Assembly (NCBI RefSeq): GCF_009914755.1
Contig: NC_060930.1
From: the human T2T-CHM13v2.0 reference genome, Homo sapiens
Strand: one strand, 5' to 3'
DNA: 64,000 nucleotides
In this document: one piece after another, positions 25,221 through 39,880 of the stretch
Layout of the letters: every line of letters starts with the position of its first letter
Position numbering within the stretch: the first letter of the stretch is position 1
Position numbers and translations under genes: made by a program
Notes under the pieces: generated by a model
Database searches by the model: none
The model's input: only the letters and a program-made list of their open reading frames with translations
What the model was told of the DNA's origin: nothing

Positions 25221-27338
25221 TATGATATGTTTATATGTTTTATTCTAATTTAAGTGGCCTTTTGTCTTTAACCTCTGTGAAGCAGCTCTGTGACATACCT
25301 CCTACTCTGGCATTTTGCTATGTTAGACTGTTCGGTCCACAAGATTAAAAGACTGTGTTTTATTCATTTTTGTGTTCCCGGTAGTTGGTTCAAAAGAGTT
25401 GTGATTTACTGAATAAATGCTTTTTAGACCTTTTATTTACAAGTTTACTATAATGGAGTCAACGTTCAATTGACAGCACACTCTGATAACACCTACTTTT
25501 TAAATATCATAACTTAAATTATCATTTTCCCAATACAGGATCCTCCTAAATGAAAAAAATTTAAAACTCCAACATTATAAGGAAGAGAAAAAAATAGGTT
25601 AATCTAACATCTGTGTTTCCCCTGGAGAACAGCTGATACAAATAATGTACTTTCAATCACTTCTACACCTAGAGGAGCCAAGGTTATACCTAGAATTTGG
25701 TGGACTGGACTGTCAACATTCCACTGAATTCTATGCCCTTCCAACCTAGTCTGAACCTTACCTTACTGGTTTGTTCTCATGTGGGAAAGCTTGCCATTTT
25801 TAGAAACTGGATATGCTAAGAAGTCTCCAGTTCTGGTGTTAAGAAATTAAATATTCTGTTTTTCTTTGAATGGTGAATGGTGAATGTATGAAGGGAAGCA
25901 GAGGAGATGGAAAAGAATGAATAGTGTTACTGCAAAATATTATTAAGAAATGTTTTATAAAATTACAGGTAATTTTATGCTATTTAAAAATAATTTGTTG
26001 TAAAAACCACTACCCCTGCTCTGGATACGTGCCTTCTGGAGGTTTCCTGGTCCTGGTGTGAGAGTGGTGATACCACAAATAGGCTCCTTTCTGTAGGGTG
26101 TTAGATATGCACAATGGGCTTTAAGTGGTGTCCAGCAAATATTTATTGCTACTCTGAGACCCAAACCTAAGTATGTTAATGGAACTCAATGCTGGCTGAT
26201 GGTAAGCCCACAGTAATATAATATAAACTACATTTTCAAAATATTGAACTGACTCAAAAATTTATAATACATTTGATGTAACTGTCTTCTTCTTATATTC
26301 TAGCTTCAAATTTAAACGGTGTATATAATATATAGCATTTCATTCTTCCAGAAAATGCTATGCAAGCTTGTACCACTTTTTAAATGACATGGCAATATTT
26401 CATCGCTATAGATTCAGCAACCCATCTTTGATAGAGGGTGTTAATTAACATAACAAGTCTCCACACATGATGTAATCCATGCTACACTAGAATTAATGAT
26501 GTATTTCCAGCCTGACTTCAAAAGACAAAATTATTTACTGGTGTTTAAAAGATCCTTTAAAGTTAATAGGAAATGCTGACATCAACACTACATTGAGCGT
26601 TACCATTTCAAATTCTTGACTTTTTGAGTCAAAGGTTAAAAAACATTTGTTAAGAGATATTTGGATTACTCTCTGAAGGGTTTTGGCAAGTTTCATGCAT
26701 TGCCGCAGGAAAGATCTTGATTTGAAAACTCAATAGCCAGATTTAGACTTGGTTAGTTATTCAATAGAATATTGGCTTATGAAATTCATTTTTAAAGTTT
26801 TTAATGTATACTATAGGTTTCTTCTAAAAAGGATTTAAAAGGCTCTTGATTAAAAACAGAAGCAGCAGAGGCTTAAAAATAGATTCAAAGATGAGTTATT
26901 AAATTACCTGTGTGTCTTGTTTACAAAGGGCAAAATTACTAATTTACAATCCTACGGGTATAATTTTATAAATGCCAAACTGCTCGTTAAAGAGGTTTTA
27001 TTTTTGAAATCCACATGATAACTGCAACAATCTTGACCAATTTTGGTCAAAAGCCAAAAAGCCTAGATAAATCAATATGCTTCCTTGAGATAGGAAACAG
27101 AGTAACTACCTTCCCTGAAAAGGAAACATCAAAAGACAGGTACACATACATGTGTGTGGGTGCATGGGGACATACATATGTAAGCAATGTGGACAGAAGT
27201 ACACTCTCAAATGTATCAGGTGTTTAAGTATTTCTCAGGAAGGAAAATATTCATGCAGTTGATATTTGTAATCCCGAGTCTATTTTCCCTGCTTTGATTT
27301 TCTAATTTAGCTTTACATAGCATTTATATATTACTCAC

Positions 27339-27467
27339 TTTATGCTGATCAATGAGAGTCCGGAGAGCATCCTCATCATCTGGGAGGACACCATGGAAAC
27401 GCAGGGTTTGCTCCGCCTCAGCCAGCCACTCCAAGAGGGCATGTACCACCGAGTGGAATTCCTCTGC
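27339..27467 (-). CDS. DST: DST coding exon ([14 protein letters not shown]...DQHK), 129 nt
   Basis: cttag acceptor, gtgagt donor. Confidence 0.94.
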
Positions 27468-27971
27468 CTAAGAGTTCACACACACACACACCCCAAACAA
27501 AATTCCCAAATATGCCTGTTAGCACAATTTACAAAACTGTATAGTGGATTCATCCCTTCAATGAAAAAAAAAAAGTTTTAAATTTAATTGCTTCATTACT
27601 CCCATTAAGAAGATAGAGATACACATATTTTACAAGAAAACACTTAATATATTAAAAAAAAAGCCTATATGAAGAAAAATTTACCACTTTAACAACTTGA
27701 TTTTAGATGAATGGCAGTCCATCATACTTCCAAGCTGAGACATTACTCACGCAGCACTTGTATGTGAAGATTAGAATGCCTCCCTCTAGCAGTAATTTAA
27801 ATTCATGAGGGAGGGTGGGAGAAGGATCAAGGCAATGTTGCTATTAGAATTTCCTTCTTCAGACTGTCCTGATTGAGACACGAGGGCCTCACAATTTTTT
27901 ACTAGAATAGTTCTTGTTGAGGTTTCAATACTTTTCCCATTACACCCAGCTCTCATTTACATGGTTTTTAC

Positions 27972-28166
27972 CTGACGCAGGGCTGCTTCTAACCGTGTTT
28001 GCTTTGATATAGAAAGTGCACACACGGTCTCCCAGCGTGTGCTTAATTCCTGCATCTGGACCTTGACCCAGGAGGAGTCATCCCGACTGCCTTCTATGAG
28101 TTCTCGGGCTGAGCGCTTCAGGGCCTGCACACTGCTGGTCCTCTTCCCCAACTCTTTTTGGAAGGC
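27972..28166 (-). CDS. DST: DST coding exon ([12 protein letters not shown]...ALRQ), 195 nt
   Basis: Overlaps ORF 27957..28151. Confidence 0.95.
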
Positions 28167-28815
28167 CTAAGAAGACCATATTTTGAAAAATTAATTTTAA
28201 TTACAAAACCAAAACAGCAACACATACTGTTTGAGATATATATGTGCACATAACATCATGTAAAGATATCTAAGACCTACAGTTTAATAACCATATTTCT
28301 GGCAGCATCTTCAGAAGATAAATGACACACTGCTCCTATTTGAGCACCATCAAGAAGAGTCTTGTATAAATTTGTTCAGTCCTGTCACATTCTCATGAGA
28401 AAACAAGATAAGATTATCTTATTTTAAAATGACATATTGGATTTAAATAATGGCAGCCAGCCTTCATTATTTCAATTTCATAAAACAATGCAACAAATTC
28501 CTTTTCTTAATGATTCTTTAATATGGTGTCCCAATTTCTCTCAAATCACTAGTGTGAATGTCAAGTGGATGCTGGCTTTGGCACTACTCTAAGAGATGTA
28601 TCTAAGAACCTAACAGAGGACTAAGCAATCTTGATGTGTGTACCACGGATGTCTTAGAGATAATGGCAGGGAATTCCATAGGAAGTTGGCAGATGGTCTT
28701 TTATTCCTATAACACTCCTTGGTCTTTCATAATATCTTAGGTACTAACTCATAATGTCAAATTTTAGAGGCTTAAATCCTTGTCTTTCACCTTAGAGGAA
28801 AAGCTTCTGGGTTTG

Positions 28816-28846
<31 letters not shown>

Positions 28847-30600
28847 CCTGCCTAATTTTGACAAACTGATGTGCCAGGAATTAAATTCATTTATTTTGGC
28901 CACAGACTGATCTAAGAAGTGAGCCCAGAGCTCTTTATTTTTGATCCAAGAGTCTGTGTATGCAACTAGATCTTTCAAACATTAATAACCAACATTCTGT
29001 CACAATAAAATTAATGTGTTTTTAAAAAAATCATCATAAATGAATATTACCATTTGGCCATATCTATAGGTTTCTATTCTGATACTCAGATCATTCACAA
29101 AAGTGAGCCTATCACAAAAGTGATTATTTGACTGATTCAACTCTAACAGTTAAAATGAGATGTGCCTGCAGAAAGACACAAACACACACGTATACACCAA
29201 TACACACATTCACACACACACAAGCACACATGCAAATGGTACAGTATCTAAATATCCCATTTATGATAGGACTAGTCCAATAGTTTTCAGAAGACTTTCC
29301 AAAGCATTTTTACATACTTGAACTTCTTGAGCCTTCCAGTTGTATTACTAATGCTAAATGATTAATTCATTCTTGATGACCTTTAATATATAAAAGATCT
29401 GGCAATTACCTAGAGTAGTAAATATTTAGACAGTGAGTTTACAGAAATGGCATTTATGTAAAAAGTAACATTACGCTATTCATTACTCATTGAATAAATG
29501 CCAGGAAATAGAGAAGTTTGTATTAACCATACACAAAACATTTATTTCAATATAAGCAAAGCCATGTGATTTTTAAATTTTTAACTTTTGTAGACTTGAC
29601 CAATGTTCTTTATTTATTCTTTTATTTTATTTTAATTTAGTTTGTTTCACTTTTCAGGTGTAACAAACTCTCTTATGGGTATAATGATAGAATAGAAAGA
29701 AAAAAGGAAAAATAAATATGTAATAAGACTTTTAAAAAGAATGGTAAGATCAAAATAGCATAACCAATATAAAGAGAACATTATAAATGGAATAAGTTTT
29801 CTGAACTCAGATACTAGAGAGAAGAAATACAAGATGAATTTAAGTAGAGTGATGTAAGACATTTTTATATAAAGTCAACTCCAATACAACTATTCTACAT
29901 TAGTACTATGCTTCATATTGTTTCCAAGGCTAAGTTGCTTTATATCATTTGGTCATTATTTTGGACCTTACACTTAGTTGGACACCTTGAATATTACCTT
30001 TGATTTACATGACATGACAGTTTTACATGCATATCAGGAGATTTCAAGGAAGCCAGTTTTCTCGAAGTAAATAATAATCAAATCCCTTATAGCATAAGCT
30101 GCTGACTCATAAACTGCTATAATTCAAGGGGCAAGGTTAAAACAGTTTTGGTTCGGTATTTTTAAAAGCAGTTGGTCATGACCACCATGGGTCATGTCAC
30201 AAATCTACATACTTATGCAATGACTTAGTGTCAGGTCACTGAATGAATGATTTTAAATTTTATTACATAATTGTTTAAGTGCATAACTAAAGATAGTAAA
30301 ACATTCTTGAAATCTGTTTTAAAGCACCAGAGAATGAAATCACTTTCCAAGTTCTAAAAAGGTTTTAGATCTGGTAATTAAAAGCAAAAGTATTTCACTG
30401 ACACTAAATAATACTTCCCCATCACTTTTAAAGTTTGCTTCCAGGTTCTGCTCAAACGGACACATATTTCAACAATAAAGACTGTTATGTAGTATGATCT
30501 ATAGTCTTCTGATTTTAAAAGGCTAATTTAAATGGTTTACATTTCCTGTACACTCAGAATAATCAAACAAGATAAAATAAAATGTCCCAGATAACAATAC

Positions 30601-30760
30601 CTTGTGATTATCGATCAGATTCATCACCAAATCAATGTCTCCATGAACAGGCTGGTCTTCTGCCAGCTGGGGTTCAACTCTATATAACCAATCAATGAGA
30701 GCCTGTAGGGCATCTGTGAATTGTCCAGAAAATAACAGGGCTTCCTCCAATTTGTTTTGT
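30601..30760 (-). CDS. DST: DST coding exon ([15 protein letters not shown]...DNHK), 160 nt
   Basis: Overlaps ORF 30523..30807; phase 2/0. Confidence 0.95.
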
Positions 30761-31069
30761 CTAGGGAAAAAGGTAGAAAAATTGATCCTTGCAACAAAAA
30801 ACGTCACTCATATATCTGAACATCTAAAATTAATTGATGAAGGTTGAGTGGTACTCAAGGGGAAGAGCAGTATGTTGGTATTCATTGTTGTTTCTTTGCT
30901 CTTCTTAGGAAAAAGACAAAACTTTTCTAAACTTTCTTTCTTATTCCTTAAATACATGGCATCTGTTCCAGGAAAATTCCCACCTTTGGAAACCATGGAC
31001 CCTTCATGTTTCTTCATAAAAATAAGCCTTTTAAACTGTTTAAATATTTTTAAAATTTTGTTTTAGATT

Positions 31070-31300
31070 ATCAGGCAGTAAACTTGACATTTTTTGGTAT
31101 ACACTTCTATACATTTTAACACATGTATAGATTCACGTAATCATCACCACAATCAAGATCCAGAACAGTTCAACCATCCCAAAAATCTTCCTCGTGCTGT
31201 CTCTTTATAGACACGCCCTGCCCCCGCCTTCAAACCCCTAGCATTCATTGATCCGTTTGTCAGGACTTTATTTTTTTGTCTTTTCAAAAATCTTGTAAAT
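31070..31300 (-). mobile_element. Old L1M 3' fragment
   Basis: atcaccacaatcaagatccagaaca...catccc motif typical of reverse L1M 3' ends. Confidence 0.6.
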
Positions 31301-31370
31301 AAAACCATGCATACAACACTGGAAAAGGTATGTAACATGCTGTGGCTGAGGAATTTAAGATTTTTTCAAG

Positions 31371-31737
<367 letters not shown>

Positions 31738-32392
31738 CTATTTAATCTTGATACTGACAAAAATCATTAAGATTAAGGATCAGCGGGAAAATTTGGAAAC
31801 ATGTACAATATATTTGAACTCTACTACTATTGTACTCAATTAAATACTTAAAATTTTTGAAATATGTCTTGGGTTTTCATGGAAATGTAATGAGAAAGAG
31901 GGAGATCAGAAAGGGGTAGATGGAGTTGGAAAGAAATGCTGGGGCCAGATCAGTGGTACCTTGCACGTCACATTAAGAAGCCTGTGTTTCAATGCATGCC
32001 CAGTAGTAAGTCACCAAAGGGTGTGAAGGAGGGGAATGACAAGATTCCATTTACATTTTTAAAAGACTATCCAGTAGTTATGTAGAAATTAAGTCAAAGA
32101 AGTGATAAAAGTGGACATGGGAAGACGAGTCAGAAGCAGTGGGTGTAGTCAAGTCTGAGATGGCAGAAGCTTGGACAATGATATCACTTTTTATTGTAAT
32201 GAGTAGTTAAAAATTAATGAACAGCAAAGACTTCTCAATGCAAGTGCTATGTGTGTGGGATACTTAGGACAAGCAGAAGTTCCTCAGGCAAAGGAAATAT
32301 TTAAGGTTCCCGAAATGTCCCCGCAAAGCACCATTACTGTGTATTTGAAAGAGGTCTACAGAGTAACCAAACTGTCTTAAAGAACATTTTAC

Positions 32393-32562
32393 CTTTCCAC
32401 AGATTTTCCACATATGGTATCCCATTTGTCTCTGAGTTCACTCAGCATGTCATCCAGTTTCAGGTTGTCATCAGCCAGGGAGGTTTTCTCCTTCAGAGAA
32501 CGTCCAGTCCTGTTGGTGGTGTCGTAGACAGAATGCTTGGCTCCGAGTGATTTCTGAAACTC
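32393..32562 (-). CDS. DST: DST coding exon ([11 protein letters not shown]...SVE), 170 nt
   Basis: tttag acceptor, gtaaaa donor, phase 0/2. Confidence 0.93.
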
Positions 32563-32661
32563 CTAAATATTTAACAAGAAAAAAATGCGAATTTCTTCTT
32601 GGGACTAATAAACAGGTAAGAGGCATTAACAGAGGCATCCCTAATAAATGGAGATGAATTA

Positions 32662-32939
32662 TAGATGCTTTCTGACTTATAATGACTTGACTTAGGATTT
32701 TTTGACTTTACCATGGTACGAAAGCCATAGGGATTCAGTAGAAACCATACTTCAGTCACCTATTCAATAAAGTACCTAAGATATTCAACACTTTATTATA
32801 GAAACAGGTTTTGGGTTAGATGATCTTGTCCTATTGTAAGCTAATGTTAGGTGTATTAAATGCATTTTTTATTTACCGTATTTTCAACTTACAGAGGGTT
32901 TATGGGGATAAAAACCCATCGTAAGTTGAGGAGCATCTG
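32662..32939 (-). mobile_element. MER47-like Tigger-derived DNA transposon, internally deleted
   Basis: Terminal inverted repeats tagatgctttctgactta / taagttgaggagcatctg flanked by TA. Confidence 0.75.
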
Positions 32940-34778
32940 TATAGTCTTTCTACACAACTCAATCATAAGCTTTTATAGAGCAGGGACATTGTCTTTGTAG
33001 GCCTCTCATTATCATCTTACACCTAGTAGATGTTTATAAATATTCAATAGGAAGAGTAGAAAGAATGAGATAACTGCTACTGAATATACAATAGCAGGAA
33101 TGAGAACAAAGAAAGGTCAACTTAATGGGAAGCTTACAAACTCACAAAATATAATGGAAACATTAATACAGTGATTCTCAATCCTTGTAGCAAATTAAAA
33201 TTACCCTAGATAGTAAAATGCTATGCAAATGTACACTTTTCTAAAATAATCTCAAGGTTATAATTACCTAAGAAGTTTTTACGGCCTTTAAAAGCTACAT
33301 ACTTTAAAGTGTTTTAATATGACTAAATTATTTAATTTGTCATGGGTAATAGGCAACTACATCTGGAAATTTCTAAGTAATAGACAACACAATTACAATC
33401 ACATTATTTCTACAGTTATCCATAAATTTTTTTTCATATTATGCTAAACAGAATGCCAGTGTTATAGAATCATGGTATTGACAGAGATTTTCTTCACAAA
33501 GCAGATATACAAAAAATGTTATGGTTGAATACAGGTCACTGTTGCCAAATAGAGACTTTAAAAAGGTAGATATTCTTATTTATAGGACTCTCTAACTTTA
33601 ATATGTAATATACTTTCATAAGACTACACGATACAACATCCACATTCAAGTTCAAATAAAGCATTCTGTTTTGAGAAGGAAGCTCTCATTTCGCCATCAG
33701 AGGGGAAGGAAGGAAGGTGCTGTTCACTGTCACTGTGCTCCCAATATTGAATGTGGCAGCTCACAGGCAAAGGGTGCCAGCAGAGCAAGCCATTCATTAG
33801 CCCTCATCTGGCCAGGGAACAGATGCTCAATATGTTTCCTCCCATCCCTCTAATCATGACCTCCTAAGGTTAGACCCACTGATGGAAGCAGCCAACCTAT
33901 GTGAAGATGATGGCCAGGATTTCCTCCTGATGATGACAAATTTTATATCACCCCAATTTTTCCAGCCTTTAAAAATTATGTTTCAAGCGATAATTTATAT
34001 GTACGTGCCTAAAATTGTAAAACCCTTTGCAAGAATCACTCTCCTTTTACCCACATCCTCATCCTGATGGCTGGTGGGGTCAACTTTATAAATAGAATTA
34101 CATAAAAATCCAAATTCAAAAGAGCTGGGGAGGGTGGGAGGGAATGCTCTTTGAATGTCATGTGGAAGATATAAAATATGATAGGCATAGAAAAGGTAGA
34201 AAATATTTAAAAAACAATGTTTCTACATGCTTTTCTAGTCTATATAAACATGTCTTTGGGTACCTTTGAGGTTGGGTGGAATTTTATACGTGCACAAACA
34301 CAATAAAATATTAATTTACAATTTAGGTACAAGCATCCAATTTTTCTCACTCTATTGTTTAAAAGAATCCATACCGCAAAATATCTATTACTTTTTACTA
34401 CAGAATTACCTTCAAGGTGCTATTTTGTCTGTCAAAGAAAGTACAGGAAAAGACAGCTATCATGAAAAACTGAAATGCCAATGTTTAAAACCACTACAAA
34501 TCCTTTATATGTTTTAGATTGTAGAGGATTTCCATTTTTATTTTGTATGTTTTTCTTTTTAACAATTAACCTGGGAATCATTAGTGAAATGGTCACTGAA
34601 GAGTGAAGATATTGCAACATAAGCAACATGAAGAGCAATAGCTTTTAAATTTAATACAGGTTCACACTGGACCTACATTTTTTCTTTAGTGATGAATAAA
34701 CACGTGATGAAGTAAGGATTTTAAAGTGATCTTGAACTATATAATGAGACAATATGCTCTTCTTAATTATGGACCCAC

Positions 34779-34898
34779 CTTATGTTGTGCAAGTTGTGTT
34801 TTTATTTTGTCTGGATCATTTGCGATTTCCAGTTCAGAATCCAAAGACTTTTCTGACTCTTCTAGCCACTCCATAAGTTTACTCCAAGCTTCATGGAA
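34779..34898 (-). CDS. DST: DST coding exon ([11 protein letters not shown]...AQHK), 120 nt
   Basis: ttctag acceptor, gtgggt donor. Confidence 0.93.
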
Positions 34899-37515
34899 CT
34901 AGAAAGAAATTCACACCTTTGTCTGAAAATTTTTCAAGCATATTATACTTGAGATCTAGCACAGTTTTAAGACAGAGATTAATAGTGATGAAAATCCTGA
35001 AAATTATTATTTCAAAATTTCCACTGAAGAAGAAAAAAGTAATGCTTTCATCAGCAAATTACAAAAAAAGTCTTGATAATGCTTAGCATTTGTGGCTGTG
35101 CCCCACTGTCACTTTGTTTTAATTCATTCAACATATCAGCTCTAAAAGAGCCTAGAAAAAAGTTAGGAAGCTACAGAAAGAACTTCTTCCTTATACTTTC
35201 TTCTTGTTCAATAATTAACATAAACTCTCAGAAAATGTTTTGTATTTTTGTTGTTGCTGTTGTTTACTGCTGTCTGTTGACAGATCTGGGTTTACTTCTA
35301 GGGAATTTAATCCCTATGTTAAGAAAGAGGAACAAAAATGGGGAGGGGTAAGTATAAAGCTTGTAAATTGATTTTTTAAAGTAGCAAAAACAAAAAAGAG
35401 GCCATTGCATTCCTATTTAATGCAAAGATAGTTCAACATCTTTATTGCTGCTATCAATATCCTCAAATCAATGCCTGTGCCTCACATATTGGTTTTATAT
35501 GACTGAGCAGCCACAATATTTGGGTTCTAACACAATGTTATTCTCTTTGGCATCTATAACCTTGCAAACATTCTGGTACTATATATATTTGATTTTGAGC
35601 ACAGTTTCTTTTCGGTTTGTCATCAAGAACCAGCAGGTACTATTTTCTGATACAATTGTGAAATTGGTTATAAATTATTTGTCACAATAAGCTTAAGTGA
35701 ACAGATACCTAACAAAAAATTTAGTAATCAAAATTAAATCTATTGTATACCAAAGCACATGAATAATGAAATAACAACAAGATATTTAACAATAAGAGCA
35801 GAGTAAGGACACAGACTCACAAAACTGTAAGGGCTCTCTGGAGATCATCTCATTACAAACCTTCATATCCCTCTCACAACTTTAATCAATTAAAACATGG
35901 AAAAATGGAAACTAGAATAGACACATGAATTGTGAAAGTCAGAGAAGTATGATCAATATCTGAGCCAAAAACTGAGATATTAGAAGAAGAAGAAATAAAT
36001 AGTAGAAACAGCTAGTCAAGGTGTTAGGTAGTTTGACTCCAAATAATACAGGCTATAACAGTTGGATGGTAAGGTCAATGATACAAACGCACAAGTTCTG
36101 AGGCTGGTTCTGCTTTCAAAACTATTTTTAAGCCATATAAATAGAGGAAATGCTATACATTTGCACTAAAAACAGTAGCAAATATTTATAAAGTTAATTA
36201 GACAAAATGAGAAAATAAAATTGATTAAATCGAGAAAGGAGGAAAAAGATGAGCAACTGGCTACTGATATCCAAGAAACATTTATAAACTGATGTTCATA
36301 ACTCAAGAAATGCCGGCACTACACATGTTATTGCACCACATAATGTGGAGAGAAAACTGTCAGGCTGAGAATTAATACTGTCTTAAAGAAACATTAGAGA
36401 TGGAGTATATCCCAGTGACTCATTTGTAACACTGAACATTTCACACCTCCCATTCAAAATGGGGTCTATGGTGTGTAATGCTATAACAATGCAATTTGTC
36501 ATTTCTCAAGCCTTCAAACATTTGTACTGTTAGCATTAAACATTGAAACACCTGACTCCCGTGACATCTTTTTGCATCACCCAACTGAGCTTAACTCCTC
36601 AAAACAATGGGGTACAACACTAAGGCTAGAAAATTGCAGCTGACTGAGGCAAAAAGTAATTGTAAAATCCTCCTACAATATTACACTAAATTTCTAGTAA
36701 AAATCAAATGTTTAAAAATATATATATTTGTCAAGCGAGGTAGGTACACCTCTCTCTTCCATGGAGTACAAAGACACACAGAGATGCATAACTTTACCTC
36801 TTTGTGTTTAGTCTAGAATGGAATGTTAACAACAGGTAAAGGGAGTAAGGAGAGGAGAGTTCTCTGTGAAATTTGTGAAAATCTCTAGATTAAAATTTTA
36901 AAGTGGCCCCAAAAGATTCAAAAAAATTAATTTCAAAGTGAGATGGAGCTCTATTATCTGCTCAAAATATTAGAGAAGAAATGAAGGTCTGTCAACAAGT
37001 GTTCAAAGAGGTGGGGAGTGCCGACCAACTCAGACAGAGAATATGCCCCTTCAGAAAGCTGTCGGGAGGGCTACATGTCTGGCTCTCAGCACTGATAGCT
37101 TGTGAAGAAAGTCTGGCTTAGGAACTAAACAAAAGGTAGCAATACAATGAAGTATGATGTCTCACTCTGATTATGAGAACAGAGGTCAAAAGGACAAAGA
37201 AAAAGAAAACAAACCCAATAAAAAAAAATTCTGAGCTTCTTTCTGGGCCTCAATGATAATAGCCTGTCTATGAAGTCAAGCTATAATCAGTCTTCTTAAG
37301 ATTAGTCCCCAGGGGCTGAAATTGCTGCCAGGTCAAAAAGTGATGTCAGCATCCAAACTGAGGCCACAGCCCTTTTAGGAAAGAACCACCATGGCACCAT
37401 GCCATGATTGTTATGCCTAATACAGCCTGTGATAAAAGTACATCCATAACATATATTTCAACAGCAAGAAGTGGTTTATTGACAAGTTCAGAGAATTTTT
37501 CTAAAGGGTTATTAC

Positions 37516-37722
37516 CTGCTTGGCTCTCTTCCTTGCATCATCCAAAGATCTTCCTCTCTCTACCAACCGTTGAACCACTTTTTCCCATCGACTTTGTACA
37601 CTGATAAGTAGATTCTTGATTAGAACAACATCTTGTTTCTGACTAAAATATTTTAGGTGGGTTCCAGTTTTGTCCAGCTCTATTATCTGCTCACGATGAG
37701 AATTTACTTCATTGGCAAAAAC
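37516..37722 (-). CDS. DST: DST coding exon ([12 protein letters not shown]...RAKQ), 207 nt
   Basis: Less common AAG acceptor (ttttttctgggaaag), gtaata donor, in frame. Confidence 0.92.
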
Positions 37723-37879
37723 CTTTCCCAGAAAAAAAGGAAATAAGTAGAAACAAATGAAAATCAGATCAATCTTAAAAATGCTTCTGGTGTCATAAAC
37801 CTGAAATTATTTTAAAGGACAAACGAAAGCTTTCGAAATACCAAATGCATGCTTTTGACTTTAAAAAGGCCTGCTGTCA

Positions 37880-38175
37880 GCCGGGTGCAGTGGCTCACGC
37901 CTGTGATCAGCACTTTTGGAGGCTGAGGTGGGTGGATCACTTGAGGTCAGGAGTTCAAGACTAGCCTGGCAAACATGCTGAAACCCCATCTCTACTAAAA
38001 ATACAAAAATTAGCCAGGCATGCTGGTGGGCACCTATAATCCTAGCTACCTGTGGGGAGGCTGAGGCACAAGAATCGCTTGAACCGGGAGGCAGAGGTTG
38101 AAGTAAGCCAAGATCACACCACCACAGTCCTGGACGACAGAGGAGTGAGACTCAGTCTCAAAAAAAAAAAAAAAA
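37880..38175 (+). mobile_element. Full-length AluS, under 50 nt from a DST splice donor
   Basis: Dimeric Alu; TSD AAAAAGGCCTGCTGTC / AAAAAGCCTGGTGTC. Confidence 0.93.
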
Positions 38176-38222
38176 GCCTGGTGTCTGAAAAGAGAATCCT
38201 ATCTATTTGACTCACTACATAC

Positions 38223-38378
38223 CTTGTGTTCGTCAATTTGAAATAAGACTGTGTCCAAGATGAGACTTGGCCGAGAAGCTACATTTAGGGTCTGTTCAGC
38301 CTGAGTAAGCCAGTTGATGAAGTCTTGGAGAGAATTGTGGAACTCCATTGCCAAGTTGAGAGCCTCTTCCAGTTTAGT
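38223..38378 (-). CDS. DST: DST coding exon ([13 protein letters not shown]...IDEHK), 156 nt
   Basis: Overlaps ORF 38199..38384; gtatgt donor. Confidence 0.95.
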
Positions 38379-39298
38379 CTGCAAGGACAGATTGTTTAGT
38401 ATGTGATGTTTAAGGGCCTTGGTTATTTTGTTTGTTTCAGTTTAAATATTCTCTGGCAGATTCCTTTCCTATCCCCACTTTATTTATGCATATCTATTAA
38501 TATATTAACTAAATATCTTATAAATGTAATGGGCCTCACTAAAATACTGGCAAACCAAAACCCTTTAAGCCTAGTAAGCAGCATCTCACTGTAACTAAAA
38601 AAAAATTAATATACGCTAAAGCATGTTTTTTGGAAATTAACCAAAGAACACAATTACTAAATATAATCTGTAAAAAGAAAAGTTGACATTCATACAATTA
38701 ATTTGGGGACTCAAAATATTATGAAATACATACTTTATGCTCCATCAGTGATGGCATATAATCTTGTATTTCTTGCCTATTGTTTTTTTCATGCAATATT
38801 GAGATTTCTTAGATTGTCAGTTTTGCGGTTTTAAAAAAGTAACAAAGACATATTCATAATTTAATATACATTTTAATCCATTCTCATGAATTTTTAAATG
38901 TAAGTACTTAAAAGAATATACACAATCATCTCACTCTCTTGCTTTCCCTCTCTCCCTCACCCATATATATAGTCTTTTGTTTAATTAGATTAAAATAGAA
39001 TTAATTATTTAATGACCCAGAATTTGAGTAGTTCTTAACATTTAAAAATATAACTAAGTAACATTTGATCTATATATTTATCTATTTTTGAATATATCCC
39101 ACCCCTTTAAATATGTTCTCATGTTAAAACAGAATATTATTTTCAACTACCCCATGAAATCTCCAAATATATACAAAAAATGTTTAAACATAAATCATTG
39201 AAAGTTCTACTCCTGATAGCTCTACTCAGAAATAAGGCCAAGTCCAAGACATGAAACAACTAAAACACTGATTCTATTATATTAATCAAAGCACATAC

Positions 39299-39469
39299 TT
39301 TCCTTTCATTGAGTTTGGTTTCCACCGATTCCCATTTTTCTTTCAAGTTATTTATGTCTTGGTCAATATTTGTCTCTGCAGATTTTGGGCATCTTGCAAG
39401 CATCTGCTGGCCTTTCTGCATCAGACTCTTATATGTTTCTTCTTTAGCTTCAAAGGCAGCACAGACTTC
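39299..39469 (-). CDS. DST: DST coding exon ([11 protein letters not shown]...NERK), 171 nt
   Basis: tttag acceptor, gtatgt donor. Confidence 0.93.
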
Positions 39470-39769
39470 CTAAATTGAGATACCCTCAAGTTATATCACT
39501 TTAAGAAAGTAAAATTTAAGAGTTCTATTTTTCTAGGTCATCAGTCCCAAGCTCCTCATCATATATTCATCTCTGTTTGCTCTCTCAGGGCAACCTTGAC
39601 GCATTTATACTTTTCACTACATTGAAACAACAATTAAACCTACAGTCATACCCTGTCTACTGGGAAATCTAAAAAATGGTGTTATCATTATCAGCCCATT
39701 CTGGCATGCTAAGATTTGAAGCAACAGTTTAAATGCTGTCAAGAAAGCTTTCACTGTACAGTAACTAAT

Positions 39770-39880
39770 TAGTTCTGTGAGTTTGGGCAAGTAATTTCAT
39801 CTCTCTGAGCCTCAATTCCTTCCTCTGTAAAATGAGAGGCTCTCGTAGATCCCTCCTTGTACTATGATACAATGAATGTA
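39770..39880 (+). mobile_element. MIR SINE fragment
   Basis: ttgggcaagtaatttcatctctctgagcctcaattccttcctctgtaaaatgag core. Confidence 0.8.
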
